This document shows positions 41,736-50,706 of a stretch of 64,000 nucleotides of DNA, piece by piece. A program made the translations under genes and the position numbers. The notes beneath the pieces are model-generated. The model was not told where the DNA came from, searched no databases, and saw only the letters and a program-made list of their open reading frames with translations. The stretch comes from a phage: the NCBI GenBank assembly GCA_024672275.1, contig GCA_024672275.1_4536.1; one strand, given 5' to 3'. How positions within the stretch are numbered: position 1 is the first letter of the stretch; each line of letters opens with the position of its first letter.

Positions 41736-42234
41736 AGTTGTAAGCATCTAAAGTTCCAGAAGTCAGAACTTTAATTACTCGTTCAGCACGGTTTGGCGTC
41801 TGGCTATACCATCGGCTTTTACGCATGTTTTTACCTGCTTGAGTATAATATGCATTGCTGATTAAAGTCAAGCTATTTTGAAACCCTTCAGCACCTTTTA
41901 ACCCCAACTGGAAAACCATGTTGATTATTCCCAATTTACGAGTATCACTAACCTTATCATAGATTGGTGATAAGATAGTACTGTTTTTTATGTCTCTCTT
42001 CACTTTTGCAACATCATCAGCAAAGATTTGACGGGCTTCTTTTTCTGTGATAACTCCATTAGTCTTACGACCAAGAAGATTATCTAAGATTTGAATAGCC
42101 TTTGCTTTATCTTTTATTTTAGTCAGAAGGTGTCCTATGCCGACTGTCCAATAACCAAGATGGTCTTGATAAACAGTAAGCTTCAGTCCTTCATCGACTC
42201 GTAGCATATCAAACTCATCTACTACTTTAGCCAT
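41734..42234 (-). CDS. T4-type lysozyme (GH24 endolysin), 166 aa
   Basis: Near-colinear with T4 gene e lysozyme: catalytic region MLR.DEGL.L..Y.D..GYWTIGIGHLLTK, C-terminal SRWY.QTPNRA..VI. Confidence 0.9.
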   Translation of the reverse strand: MAKVVDEFDMLRVDEGLKLTVYQDHLGYWTVGIGHLLTKIKDKAKAIQILDNLLGRKTNGVITEKEARQIFADDVAKVKRDIKNSTILSPIYDKVSDTRKLGIINMVFQLGLKGAEGFQNSLTLISNAYYTQAGKNMRKSRWYSQTPNRAERVIKVLTSGTLDAYN

Positions 42235-42241
42235 TTACTTC

Positions 42242-42391
42242 CTATTCGTCGTCTCCTACTCCGTGATCCAACTCGTTAAACAACAGATGTTCTGGAGAAG
42301 TTTCACGTTTTGGTTTCGTTTTCTTTATGTTGGACTTCAGCTCATTTGCCAAAGCACGAGAAAAGATCTTACGTTTCTGTTTACTTTTCAT
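42242..42391 (-). CDS. small basic protein (49 aa)
   Basis: ATG 42391 with RBS GGAG; K/R-rich; below ORF-track cutoff. Confidence 0.35.
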   Translation of the reverse strand: MKSKQKRKIFSRALANELKSNIKKTKPKRETSPEHLLFNELDHGVGDDE

Positions 42392-42396
42392 AATTG

Positions 42397-42657
42397 TTAC
42401 TCCGCAATTTGAGCCATGAGATCACGCAGTTCGGTAAAACCGCCTACGTATGTTACCTCCCCGTTCACTTCAGACAGAATTTGTGGAAATGTGCGTGGAG
42501 GAACTCCGGTAAGATCAACAACTGTTTTAGTCATTGATTCTAAATCATAGTCTTGATCAAGACTTAAATATTCAAACTGTTTATTGCGCATGGTTAATAG
42601 TTGTTTTGACATTTCGCAAAATTGACAGTTAGGTTTACCAAAAATTACAAATTCCAT
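42397..42657 (-). CDS. glutaredoxin-like redoxin (NrdH/Grx-type), 86 aa
   Basis: Active-site CQFC in thioredoxin-fold context FGKPNCQFCE; location beside nrdAB. Confidence 0.7.
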   Translation of the reverse strand: MEFVIFGKPNCQFCEMSKQLLTMRNKQFEYLSLDQDYDLESMTKTVVDLTGVPPRTFPQILSEVNGEVTYVGGFTELRDLMAQIAE

Positions 42658-43499
42658 TACCTCTCCTTATTAAGTAATACTGCTAAAGACTGTTCAATAC
42701 CTTTATTTAAATCTGATTTTGTAAGATAGTGACTGGTTACTAATTGTGACTTCACCGGACGTGCTGCTGGAGCATTATAGGTTGAAGCTGATACCGCCGA
42801 TATCTTAACAGGTTCTGGCATCTGTGTCAAGATCTTTTCCGCAAACTCCGCCCAAGAAATAAAATGGCTTCCTGCAAAATGGTAAGTCTTAACAGACCTT
42901 GACCAACCTGTTTTTAATACTTCAAAAATAGCTTCTGCTAAATCTGGAGCATATGTTGGACAAGAGAACTGATCAGCAACAATAATAAAATCACGTTGTC
43001 CATCGTTATAGCGAGACAACATCGTTTTTAGAAAGTTATTTCCAAATTCACTATATACCGAGGCTGTTCGAATAATATATGCATTTGGGTTAACTCCTCG
43101 CACCATTTTTTCACCAAGTTCTTTCGTATACCCATAATTGTTTATTGGGTTAGGTGTAGTATCTTCAAAAATAGGATGAGAATAATTAAAAATATAGTCT
43201 GTAGAAATATGCACAAAATCAATTTTAAGTTTGCTGCACACTGCCGCAATATTCGCAGGTCCATAAGCATTAACAGCCAAAGCAGTAGCAAAATCATGTT
43301 CTGCTTTATCTACAGCCGTATAAGCGGCGCAATTAATAACACCATCTACATAATCTTCAATAATAGCGTTTCGCACAGCTTCAAAATTTGTAATATCTAC
43401 ACGTTCTTTAGGATAAATTAAAGATACATTTGAAGGAGCCACTTTACGTAAAGCTTGTCCCAGTTGTCCATTACCACCCAATACCAGATATGTTAGCAT
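42657..43499 (-). CDS. rmlD: dTDP-4-dehydrorhamnose reductase RmlD (280 aa)
   Basis: N-terminal Rossmann LVLGGNGQLG, YTAVDKAE, STDY..Y.K...E catalytic region; overlaps rmlC stop. Confidence 0.85.
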   Translation of the reverse strand: MLTYLVLGGNGQLGQALRKVAPSNVSLIYPKERVDITNFEAVRNAIIEDYVDGVINCAAYTAVDKAEHDFATALAVNAYGPANIAAVCSKLKIDFVHISTDYIFNYSHPIFEDTTPNPINNYGYTKELGEKMVRGVNPNAYIIRTASVYSEFGNNFLKTMLSRYNDGQRDFIIVADQFSCPTYAPDLAEAIFEVLKTGWSRSVKTYHFAGSHFISWAEFAEKILTQMPEPVKISAVSASTYNAPAARPVKSQLVTSHYLTKSDLNKGIEQSLAVLLNKER

Positions 43500-44059
43500 A
43501 CACCCTCACTACGCAACTGTTGAAAAGATTTAGCCATTGCATCTTTTGTTGATAAGATAGGTTTAAAACCTTCGTCAAAAATCATATCGAAGCCCCAATC
43601 GATCCCTATGTCAGGATCATCCCAACGTAAACTTTGTTCGCTAGAAGGGTCGTATGGAGTTGTGCATTTGTATTCAAAGATAGCGTCCATACTCAAAACT
43701 ATAAAACCATGTGCCAAACCAGGGGGAAGCCAAAACTGCGTATGGTGTCGTGCACGAAGAACAACACCGTCCCAAGCACCGTAAGTTGGACTATCTTTAC
43801 GTAAATCTACAGCGAAATCCAATACTTCTCCACTTACACAACGAACAAGCTTACCTTGCGGGTTATTTGTTTGAAAGTGCATTCCTCGCAAAACACCGAA
43901 GTTTGATTTAGACATATTGTCTTGAACGAAAGTTTGTTTACCAATGATATCTTCGTATTTTTGTTCATTGTATGTTTCTAAAAAGAAACCACGATCATCT
44001 TTATAAACGTCTGGTTTGATAATTACCGCACCTTCAATTTTTGTTTTTTCTACTTTCAT
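43493..44059 (-). CDS. rmlC: dTDP-4-dehydrorhamnose 3,5-epimerase RmlC (188 aa)
   Basis: Cupin signature DDRGFFLETYN, VQDN.SKS..GVLRG.HFQ, GKLVRCV.GEV.D.AVD.RK.SPT.G, DP.IGIDW. Confidence 0.9.
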   Translation of the reverse strand: MKVEKTKIEGAVIIKPDVYKDDRGFFLETYNEQKYEDIIGKQTFVQDNMSKSNFGVLRGMHFQTNNPQGKLVRCVSGEVLDFAVDLRKDSPTYGAWDGVVLRARHHTQFWLPPGLAHGFIVLSMDAIFEYKCTTPYDPSSEQSLRWDDPDIGIDWGFDMIFDEGFKPILSTKDAMAKSFQQLRSEGVC

Positions 44060-44068
44060 TTTCTCTCC

Positions 44069-44395
44069 TTACCAGACATGTTGAGAAATAATAGTTTCCG
44101 TTTTAATGTTATATTTTTCAAGTAGCTCTACATAGGCTTCTTTTGCATTCTCATTTACTTGCTCAAGATCTACAGCTACGCTTCCTTCTCCGCCTTCTAA
44201 ATAAATACCATATATGCAATAAGACTCATCAGCATCGTAGAAAGGAGAGATGCGACTTAAGTCAAGACCTTCTTGTAAGAACCAGTTAAAATCTCCATCA
44301 AATTCTTCTTCAATTCTAGGATCTTCTCCTACAACCTCTTCCCACTTATTAAAAGGTGCACCCTGTAACATACGCCATTCGATATCAATACCCAT
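44069..44395 (-). CDS. hypothetical acidic protein (108 aa)
   Basis: RBS AGGAGGAG + ATG; ORF track. Confidence 0.55.
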   Translation of the reverse strand: MGIDIEWRMLQGAPFNKWEEVVGEDPRIEEEFDGDFNWFLQEGLDLSRISPFYDADESYCIYGIYLEGGEGSVAVDLEQVNENAKEAYVELLEKYNIKTETIISQHVW

Positions 44396-44549
44396 TTTTC
44401 ATCTCCTCCTCTTCTTGAGCAGCTTTAATAATTGCTTCATAAATATCGTAAGCAATGCCTCCACAACATCTAGCTTCGAAAGCTATTGCTTCTGCAATAT
44501 GATCTGTTAATTCTCGTGGAATTCGGACATACTCTTTTTCACTCTCCAT
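44385..44549 (-). CDS. hypothetical small protein (54 aa)
   Basis: RBS GGAGGTAGAAG + ATG 44549; overlaps both neighbours; below ORF-track cutoff. Confidence 0.45.
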   Translation of the reverse strand: MESEKEYVRIPRELTDHIAEAIAFEARCCGGIAYDIYEAIIKAAQEEEEMKNGY

Positions 44550-44691
44550 CTTCTACCTCCAACCCTTCTTTTTCAAAGACTACTACTCGTCCTTCACCAT
44601 GACAATTCAGGCAAGGAAATGTTACCATAATTTCCACTTCCATCTGTCCAGTCCCACCACACACAGGACAAAAAATAAGTTTTTCAGCCAT
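44539..44691 (-). CDS. zinc-ribbon small protein (50 aa)
   Basis: RBS AAGGAGGAATA + ATG 44691 (TAATG overlap); CPVCGG ... CLNCHG. Confidence 0.45.
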   Translation of the reverse strand: MAEKLIFCPVCGGTGQMEVEIMVTFPCLNCHGEGRVVVFEKEGLEVEDGE

Positions 44692-44900
44692 TATTCCTCC
44701 TTAATTATTTCAAACTTGGCAACACCATTTACAATAATATGACCACAAGACATAACTCCTAGCCAAGGATCGCCGTTTTTCTTCAGGCGTTTACCGAATA
44801 CATCACAAAAACCATTCTTCATTTCGGAGGCTTCATAAGAAGCCCCTTTGTCAAAAACGTCTTTGAATGTGTCGATTATACCAACACATCTCAAAATCAT
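44691..44900 (-). CDS. hypothetical protein (69 aa)
   Basis: ATG overlapping nrdB stop (TAATG); ORF track. Confidence 0.5.
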   Translation of the reverse strand: MILRCVGIIDTFKDVFDKGASYEASEMKNGFCDVFGKRLKKNGDPWLGVMSCGHIIVNGVAKFEIIKEE

Positions 44901-45985
44901 TAGAAGTCAAGCTCCTCATCATCAGAGAGATCTTTGTTAGCTGAATTCAATTTGTAATTAGTTAACTGAATCTCTTGGGCTGCTGACTGAATCAAATCAG
45001 GATTCAACCATTTTTCCATCCAAGCTAAAGGACTATGTTTAGGTGCTTTAAACTTAGCTTTCATTTTCAATCGACGATAAATAGGAGCAGCATTGAAATA
45101 AACCCACTGTTTAGACAATTCAGCGTTAAGACCTACAATAAAACGACCTTCACTAAACAGGTAGTCACACCACTGTTCCTCTTGTTCAACAACAGTGTCG
45201 AGGATCAAAGTCAACTCTTCAATATTGTCTTCGTAAATTTTACGCCAAATTGGGTCATGCAGCAATGCATCAATTACAGCATAATCCATCTTAACATGCA
45301 AGATTTCATCTAGCATAATTTTCTGGATCAGTTTACAAGCCCCAACAAACAGTTGTTGTTCTGCCATAGCAAAAGTAGCAGAGAAGGAAGATATAAACTG
45401 AATACCTTCTAATCCAATCAGGGCTACCATCCCTTTAAGAATCAGCAGTCGAAGTTCATCGTTAGCTTCAATCAATCCTAGAGCATACTTATGACCAGCT
45501 TCTTCCAACTGACCCATGATATCAGCAATGATACCCATACGATTGAAAATTTTATCATTAATCATAATCTGATTGATGACTTCAATTGGATCTGGAGTAC
45601 ATTGACGGATTATTTCAGAATACGTTAACGCATGGAGAACTTCCATTTCACTCTGCTTCATCATCATAGCACAGGCTTCATTGTTACTCAAGAATGGAGA
45701 GAACAAAGTGATGATTGATTTTGCAAGAGAATCATTTTCCCATTGGAACGATAAGTTTTTAATCATAACATCATAGTTGTTTTTAGAACAAGCTACGAAA
45801 TCTTTACGTGTCTGATCCAGATTAACTTCGTTTTCATCCCAATCTTGTGCTTTTTGAAGTTTGTAGAGTTTGTGCATTTCTGGATAAGTTACGTTAACAG
45901 AATCAAAGATCCCTAATTGTTCCCCTAAAAATACTGGATATTTTCCTGTTTTGTAAACTTCGTTATGTAAATTAATTGCTGCCAT
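44900..45985 (-). CDS. nrdB: ribonucleotide reductase class Ia small subunit NrdB (361 aa)
   Basis: Colinear with E. coli NrdB: N-terminal PVFLGE...Y....KLYKLQKAQDW..NEV, di-iron ligand region, C-terminal acidic tail DDEELDF. Confidence 0.9.
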   Translation of the reverse strand: MAAINLHNEVYKTGKYPVFLGEQLGIFDSVNVTYPEMHKLYKLQKAQDWDENEVNLDQTRKDFVACSKNNYDVMIKNLSFQWENDSLAKSIITLFSPFLSNNEACAMMMKQSEMEVLHALTYSEIIRQCTPDPIEVINQIMINDKIFNRMGIIADIMGQLEEAGHKYALGLIEANDELRLLILKGMVALIGLEGIQFISSFSATFAMAEQQLFVGACKLIQKIMLDEILHVKMDYAVIDALLHDPIWRKIYEDNIEELTLILDTVVEQEEQWCDYLFSEGRFIVGLNAELSKQWVYFNAAPIYRRLKMKAKFKAPKHSPLAWMEKWLNPDLIQSAAQEIQLTNYKLNSANKDLSDDEELDF

Positions 45986-46001
45986 TTAAATCCTCCTCAA
46001 T

Positions 46002-46024
46002 AAAAGGGGCCGAAGCCCCTTTAC
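46002..46024 (-). terminator. UUCG-tetraloop hairpin terminator (family copy 3)
   Basis: Identical AAGGGGC-TTCG-GCCCCTT between nrdA stop and nrdB RBS; - strand U-tract UUUUAUU. Confidence 0.6.
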
Positions 46025-46051
46025 GTTTACCCTTCTTCACCTGTTCTCCTA

Positions 46052-48295
46052 CTACATTTTACAGGCACTACACCCTTCGTCTTCAGAATCTTCTTGTGCT
46101 AAAGAGTCTGCTGATTTTGTTCTACTATTAAGGTAATACAATGACTTGCCACCCAATCTGGCAAAATTCAGAATAAACTGCATCTCAGCTTTCACTGATA
46201 AACGTCCACCTACCAATTTAGAATAATCTAGCCAAGAATCACAAGAAATTCCTTGGTCCGTGAATTTGGTAAAGATACCATACATTTCTGCAAGATCTTT
46301 AGCCGGAGTATCCCAGGCGGATTGGTAGAACATTTTCAGTTTTTCGTAGTCTGGAACAATAAATAATACACTACCTTTCTGACTTTGTTTATACATGATA
46401 GTATCACGAACAGGATACAGAGAGTTAGTAGTATTGCTTACCAAACTGCTGGACTCATTAGGTGCAATAGCAGCCAAAACACTGTTACGGATACCACCTT
46501 GTTCAATGATTTCAGCACGTAAGCCTTCCCAGTCCATTTTAAGATCGAAATTACCGATACTATCTACTGTTTTAGCATAAGTATCAATTGGTAGCCAACC
46601 TTGAGGCCATTTGGTCTTATCGATCCACTCCGCATTACCTTTTTCCTTAGCCAGGCGCAGAGAGGCTTTTGCCAACCAAAAGTAATGACGTTCTGCAAGT
46701 TCATGCATTAATTTTTTAGCATAAGCATCTGAATAATTTACAAAATTACTTGCCAAGTAATGCGCTAAGTTTGTAATGCCTACACCAATAGATCTACGTG
46801 CTTTAGCAGTTATTTCGTTATGTTTAAATGGATAATCCATTGTTTCAATAACGTTGTCAATTGTCAATACAGCGTAGTATGCAACATCTTCATATTCTTC
46901 AGGTAATACACGACCAGCAACAATAGAAGATAAGAAACATAAAGCCAATTCTTGATCTTCAGTATTCTCACCAGTAAAGAGATCCGGCATATTGTGGAAA
47001 GCTTTAGTCGGTAAGAAAATCTCTTGACACAGATTTGATTGATACACCGTATCCAGGAAAGGTGTATGGTTGTTAACGTTGTCAGCAAAGAACATGTAAA
47101 TACGTCCTGTTTCTGCACGTTGAACAATAATCTCTGTCAGAAGATCACGAGCCTTAACAAATTTTTTCTTAATGCGACGACGGCTTACTTTGTCATAAAC
47201 TGCATCAAACTCTTCTTCACTTTTATACAAAGCTTCATAAAGTTCAGGAGCATCATCACAACTAACTAACATCCAATCTTCGTTTTTTGCTGCTCGACGC
47301 AAGAATGAACGGTTAACAACAATAGAATAATCCAGTTTGTCTACTCGTTTATCTATAGGTGTTGTTGGATTCTTCAGTCGAATCAGATCATCAAAGTCTG
47401 GTTCAAGTATGGTGAAGGTAACTGTAGCACTACCTCCACGGCTTGCTTGCTTCGAAGCTCCAACACTATCTTCCATCCATTTCAGATACGGAAGAAGACC
47501 ACCATGAATAATACGATTATTCTTAACACCTTGACCTGTGGCACGAGTTTGAAGATTAACACCAATACCTGCGTTATTCAACGTATACTCATGAGCTAAG
47601 TAGTTAGCAATGGCTAAAGACTCTGCCGTATCGTCTGCACGGAATAAACAACAAGACGCACTTCCTTTGATTGGAGTTCGTAGAGTTGTCAGATACGGCG
47701 ATGGCAGATTAATCTTAAGATCGCTAACATAAGTATAAAGTTTTTTAATATCTTCTATACGGCGTTCTTTTGGTTGGATCTCCATAACCTTCATTGCGAT
47801 ACCAATGAAAAGAAACTGTGGAGACTCATGCACAACATCGTTTACTGCATCTCGAATAAGATATTTATCTACCATCTGACGTAAAACAGAATAACCATAA
47901 GTTAGATTTTTATTATGCTTTACAATCTTACCGATTTCTTTGATCTCTTCATCAGTATAATCCATTTTAGCCCAATGTCCACGTTCTACCATATCATGAT
48001 AAAAGGTATTCAGTGAAGGGATACTGTGGTATCCCCCATGAGCCTGTTTGTAAATCATACCCAGAAGAAGTCTTCCTGCCATATCACTGTAAGCTTGTGT
48101 TTTCTTGTCAATACACGCTGCAATCATTGCTTTATGCAGATCACGTGTAGACACACCGTCATAACACCGCTTCACAGCTTCTAATTCAATTTCAGACCAG
48201 TTTAGTTTACCTGCTGCAAATTCAGACCACTTGCGAAGTTTTTCTGGATTAAACTCCTCTGTCTTACCGTTAGATTTAGTTACAAAACGAATCAA
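46052..48295 (-). CDS. nrdA: ribonucleotide reductase class Ia large subunit NrdA (747 aa)
   Basis: ATP-cone N-terminus (VTKSNGKTEEFNPEK), active-site region SNLCQEIFLPT, C-terminal redox Cys pair CSACKM; TTG start with RBS AGGGAGGAG. Confidence 0.95.
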   Translation of the reverse strand: MIRFVTKSNGKTEEFNPEKLRKWSEFAAGKLNWSEIELEAVKRCYDGVSTRDLHKAMIAACIDKKTQAYSDMAGRLLLGMIYKQAHGGYHSIPSLNTFYHDMVERGHWAKMDYTDEEIKEIGKIVKHNKNLTYGYSVLRQMVDKYLIRDAVNDVVHESPQFLFIGIAMKVMEIQPKERRIEDIKKLYTYVSDLKINLPSPYLTTLRTPIKGSASCCLFRADDTAESLAIANYLAHEYTLNNAGIGVNLQTRATGQGVKNNRIIHGGLLPYLKWMEDSVGASKQASRGGSATVTFTILEPDFDDLIRLKNPTTPIDKRVDKLDYSIVVNRSFLRRAAKNEDWMLVSCDDAPELYEALYKSEEEFDAVYDKVSRRRIKKKFVKARDLLTEIIVQRAETGRIYMFFADNVNNHTPFLDTVYQSNLCQEIFLPTKAFHNMPDLFTGENTEDQELALCFLSSIVAGRVLPEEYEDVAYYAVLTIDNVIETMDYPFKHNEITAKARRSIGVGITNLAHYLASNFVNYSDAYAKKLMHELAERHYFWLAKASLRLAKEKGNAEWIDKTKWPQGWLPIDTYAKTVDSIGNFDLKMDWEGLRAEIIEQGGIRNSVLAAIAPNESSSLVSNTTNSLYPVRDTIMYKQSQKGSVLFIVPDYEKLKMFYQSAWDTPAKDLAEMYGIFTKFTDQGISCDSWLDYSKLVGGRLSVKAEMQFILNFARLGGKSLYYLNSRTKSADSLAQEDSEDEGCSACKM

Positions 48296-48311
48296 CTTCT
48301 CCTCCCTATTA

Positions 48312-48554
48312 TTAATGCATATTCAAAACATCTACATCATAACCGAACTTCATTTCATTAAAAAGTCCATTAGCATATAGAAAACCTTCAAAATGAGTTA
48401 TGTCATCAAACCCTTTTGCTTTTGCTCGACGATCTGCTTCTTGTCTTTTAGGAGATAAACGTTTTGAAGTGTCTAGAATTACAGTTACATTACAACCAAC
48501 AGTTTCATCAAAATAGACTTCGATTTCACAGCCTTCATATTTATTATCAGTCAT
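48312..48554 (-). CDS. hypothetical protein (80 aa)
   Basis: Internal ATG 48554 with RBS GAGAGGG; track ATG 48566 overlaps upstream stop. Confidence 0.5.
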   Translation of the reverse strand: MTDNKYEGCEIEVYFDETVGCNVTVILDTSKRLSPKRQEADRRAKAKGFDDITHFEGFLYANGLFNEMKFGYDVDVLNMH

Positions 48555-48562
48555 TGTCCCTC

Positions 48563-48973
48563 TCATTGATTAGTATCATCTGCTTTCGCAGGATCATAAG
48601 AGTTACCGAAATCATCCATCTTAATATGTGACGCACCCCAACCTGTAAATTCTTCATCACCAAAATGAAAAATATCATTTTCTTGGTAGATTCGTTTAAA
48701 ACCACAATTAGGTGAAACAGGGAAAGTGAAAAGCGTTGTATTTGCAAACACTACTCGCTTATCGTTATTGCTTCGGATATTCACATTACGCTCAACAGAA
48801 TAGTGTGAATCTTCAGCCATACCCAGCATTACAAGCGACGCTCTAATAACAGCATTTTGTTTCTCGTGTGGGATATTACCATTGTGTTTATTTGATTCTA
48901 GTTTCCAGATAGGGGTAGACATTACAGTAGACATGCTTACGGTAGCCCAAGTTGTAGTATTTACTAATGACAT
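48563..48973 (-). CDS. dUTPase-like protein (divergent), 136 aa
   Basis: Internal ATG 48973 with RBS GAAGGAG; alignable to trimeric dUTPase motifs (SNKHNG..IP ~ RSG.G.KHG; LGMAEDSHY ~ GLIDSDY; RVVFANTTLFTFPV ~ RIAQMIFVPV) with substitutions. Confidence 0.45.
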   Translation of the reverse strand: MSLVNTTTWATVSMSTVMSTPIWKLESNKHNGNIPHEKQNAVIRASLVMLGMAEDSHYSVERNVNIRSNNDKRVVFANTTLFTFPVSPNCGFKRIYQENDIFHFGDEEFTGWGASHIKMDDFGNSYDPAKADDTNQ

Positions 48974-49027
48974 ATTTTCTCCTTCATTTTGAATGGGAGG
49001 ACTCACCTCCTCCCAGTATTGTGCTAT

Positions 49028-49055
49028 ATTATACTAAAACTAATACTAAAGTCAA
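49028..49055 (-). promoter_or_regulatory. sigma70-type promoter (- strand)
   Basis: On - strand TTGACT, N16, TATAAT upstream of dUTPase-like gene. Confidence 0.5.
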
Positions 49056-49071
49056 TAACTATTTAAACAGA

Positions 49072-50070
49072 TCACCATTTAGTATGATTTGTTAAAAGTT
49101 GACGATGTTGAATCCAGCCTTTGAAATTGCCAGACCAAAACTTACCATTACGATCTACATGGGTAATACCTGGTTCCCAAGAGTTAGAATCCCAAGGAGC
49201 ATTGATAAACAAATCTTCAAAACAGTTCTCTCCATATTGTTCGCATGTTTCTTGCATTGGAGTGGCTTGATGTTCAAACGGAGAAGCATGAACCTTGCGC
49301 CCAGTCAGCAAACGACCATAGATATCTAAAGCTTTATCTTTAGTTGCATTTAAACGACGATAGCTAACCTGTGCACAACACGAAGCTGAAATAGCTTTGG
49401 CTTCTTCCAAAGTAAGCACAACAACTTCTCCAGATTCATCTTGAACGTAGTATCCACCAAAAACAAAATGATCGTCACCTTCTGTGCCAATATTATCATA
49501 GAAATGGTCTACATAAGGTGTGTGCCATTGCCCTGGTTTCAGCACTTCTGGTGTAGATTCTTCATACTCTTTGTGCATCTCTTTAGCCAAAGCTTCGATA
49601 GTAGGATCGGCTTCTTTGTCATCACGTAGCCACCAGAAATTTTCATATTCTGTTGCTGTCAGAACTGTTTTAATTCGTTGGAAAGGTTCCAGAAGACGGT
49701 TTGCAACTTGTTTGTGGTACCCTGCCAAAGAGAATTCTTCTGCAAAACGTGCTGCACTAAGCGCGGCAAGATCCCACCACTCTTGAGCAGTATAACCTGC
49801 ATCAATAAGAGCGTCATGATCAACACCTTTATCCTGCATACCAGGTTGGTTAGCCCCAAAACGATAAGGACGAGCAGGTTGATTTCGCACCATTTCAATC
49901 AGTGTTTTAACAGGTATAGCACGGCTAGAAGCAGCATTACGACTGAACAGGCGGTGAGTCATCAATTCTGAATGAATAATACGTGGATATTCTAGTTCAA
50001 AAGTTACAATCTCTTTTCCGTCTTCAGTGATGGAATGCGCAATAATACTAGCCGAAATCTGTTTTGTCAT
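49072..50070 (-). CDS. thyX: flavin-dependent thymidylate synthase ThyX-like protein (332 aa)
   Basis: ThyX signature region FELEYPRIIHSELMTHRLFSRNAASSR matches FTFH...P.....RQ.RHR..S.N..S.RY pattern; extra C-terminal domain. Confidence 0.55.
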   Translation of the reverse strand: MTKQISASIIAHSITEDGKEIVTFELEYPRIIHSELMTHRLFSRNAASSRAIPVKTLIEMVRNQPARPYRFGANQPGMQDKGVDHDALIDAGYTAQEWWDLAALSAARFAEEFSLAGYHKQVANRLLEPFQRIKTVLTATEYENFWWLRDDKEADPTIEALAKEMHKEYEESTPEVLKPGQWHTPYVDHFYDNIGTEGDDHFVFGGYYVQDESGEVVVLTLEEAKAISASCCAQVSYRRLNATKDKALDIYGRLLTGRKVHASPFEHQATPMQETCEQYGENCFEDLFINAPWDSNSWEPGITHVDRNGKFWSGNFKGWIQHRQLLTNHTKW

Positions 50071-50079
50071 TTTTTCTCC

Positions 50080-50688
50080 TTAGTTTTTAAAATTGTTCAA
50101 AGTGTTAAAAACATCCAAACATGTTAGCCACTGATCTTCTAAACTTGTGATCACAACATTTGGTTTTTTCTTTAGTTCTTCTAGATGGTTATCTTTATAA
50201 GGCGTATTAAAATATATTTTAACCACTTCATCTGGAAAATATAGTAGGTTATCAGCCCTGTCATCTATTGCTATGTCACAAGGCAATAAGTATTTTTCTT
50301 TCGTAGCAAAAAAGCCGTTGCCAGATCCTTTGCTAAAATCAATCGTATCTAATGTTCTTAAAACATGCTTATGTTTAGAACTTAAGTGACCACCTTTTGT
50401 CACACTTGCGATCAAAAGATTGCTACCTTTTCTTGAAACATACTTTAAGAAATCTGGCATACCTGTAACAAAACCCATCGTATCATAGAGATGAGGATTA
50501 TCCAGAAATCCGTAAGGATCTATGTTGAACTCTTCCCTGAAACCAGGAAAATAGTTGGTAAGATCGTAATCTGCATTTTTTGTGAATGTGTCGATTTTAA
50601 CACCAAGGCCACTAATCTTATTCAACCATTCTAACCAAGCAACATCTAACGGAGCCACAACTAAATCCCAATCACATACTATCTGCAT
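50080..50688 (-). CDS. HAD-family 5'(3')-deoxyribonucleotidase-like protein (202 aa)
   Basis: N-terminal DxD motif (VCDWDLV) of HAD phosphatases; location in dNTP metabolism cluster. Confidence 0.4.
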   Translation of the reverse strand: MQIVCDWDLVVAPLDVAWLEWLNKISGLGVKIDTFTKNADYDLTNYFPGFREEFNIDPYGFLDNPHLYDTMGFVTGMPDFLKYVSRKGSNLLIASVTKGGHLSSKHKHVLRTLDTIDFSKGSGNGFFATKEKYLLPCDIAIDDRADNLLYFPDEVVKIYFNTPYKDNHLEELKKKPNVVITSLEDQWLTCLDVFNTLNNFKN

Positions 50689-50706
50689 AAAACCTCCTCT
50701 CTCTTT

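Noticed and set aside
46395-47269. + strand ORFs (46395..46580, 47039..47269) and internal - strand ORF 46864..47127 within nrdA
   Set aside because: All lie inside or antisense to the strongly supported 747-aa NrdA reading frame and lack RBSs; AT-rich antisense frames commonly stay open by chance. The same reasoning applies to the other opposite-strand track ORFs inside the - strand block and to 1120..1459 inside gene 928..1485.
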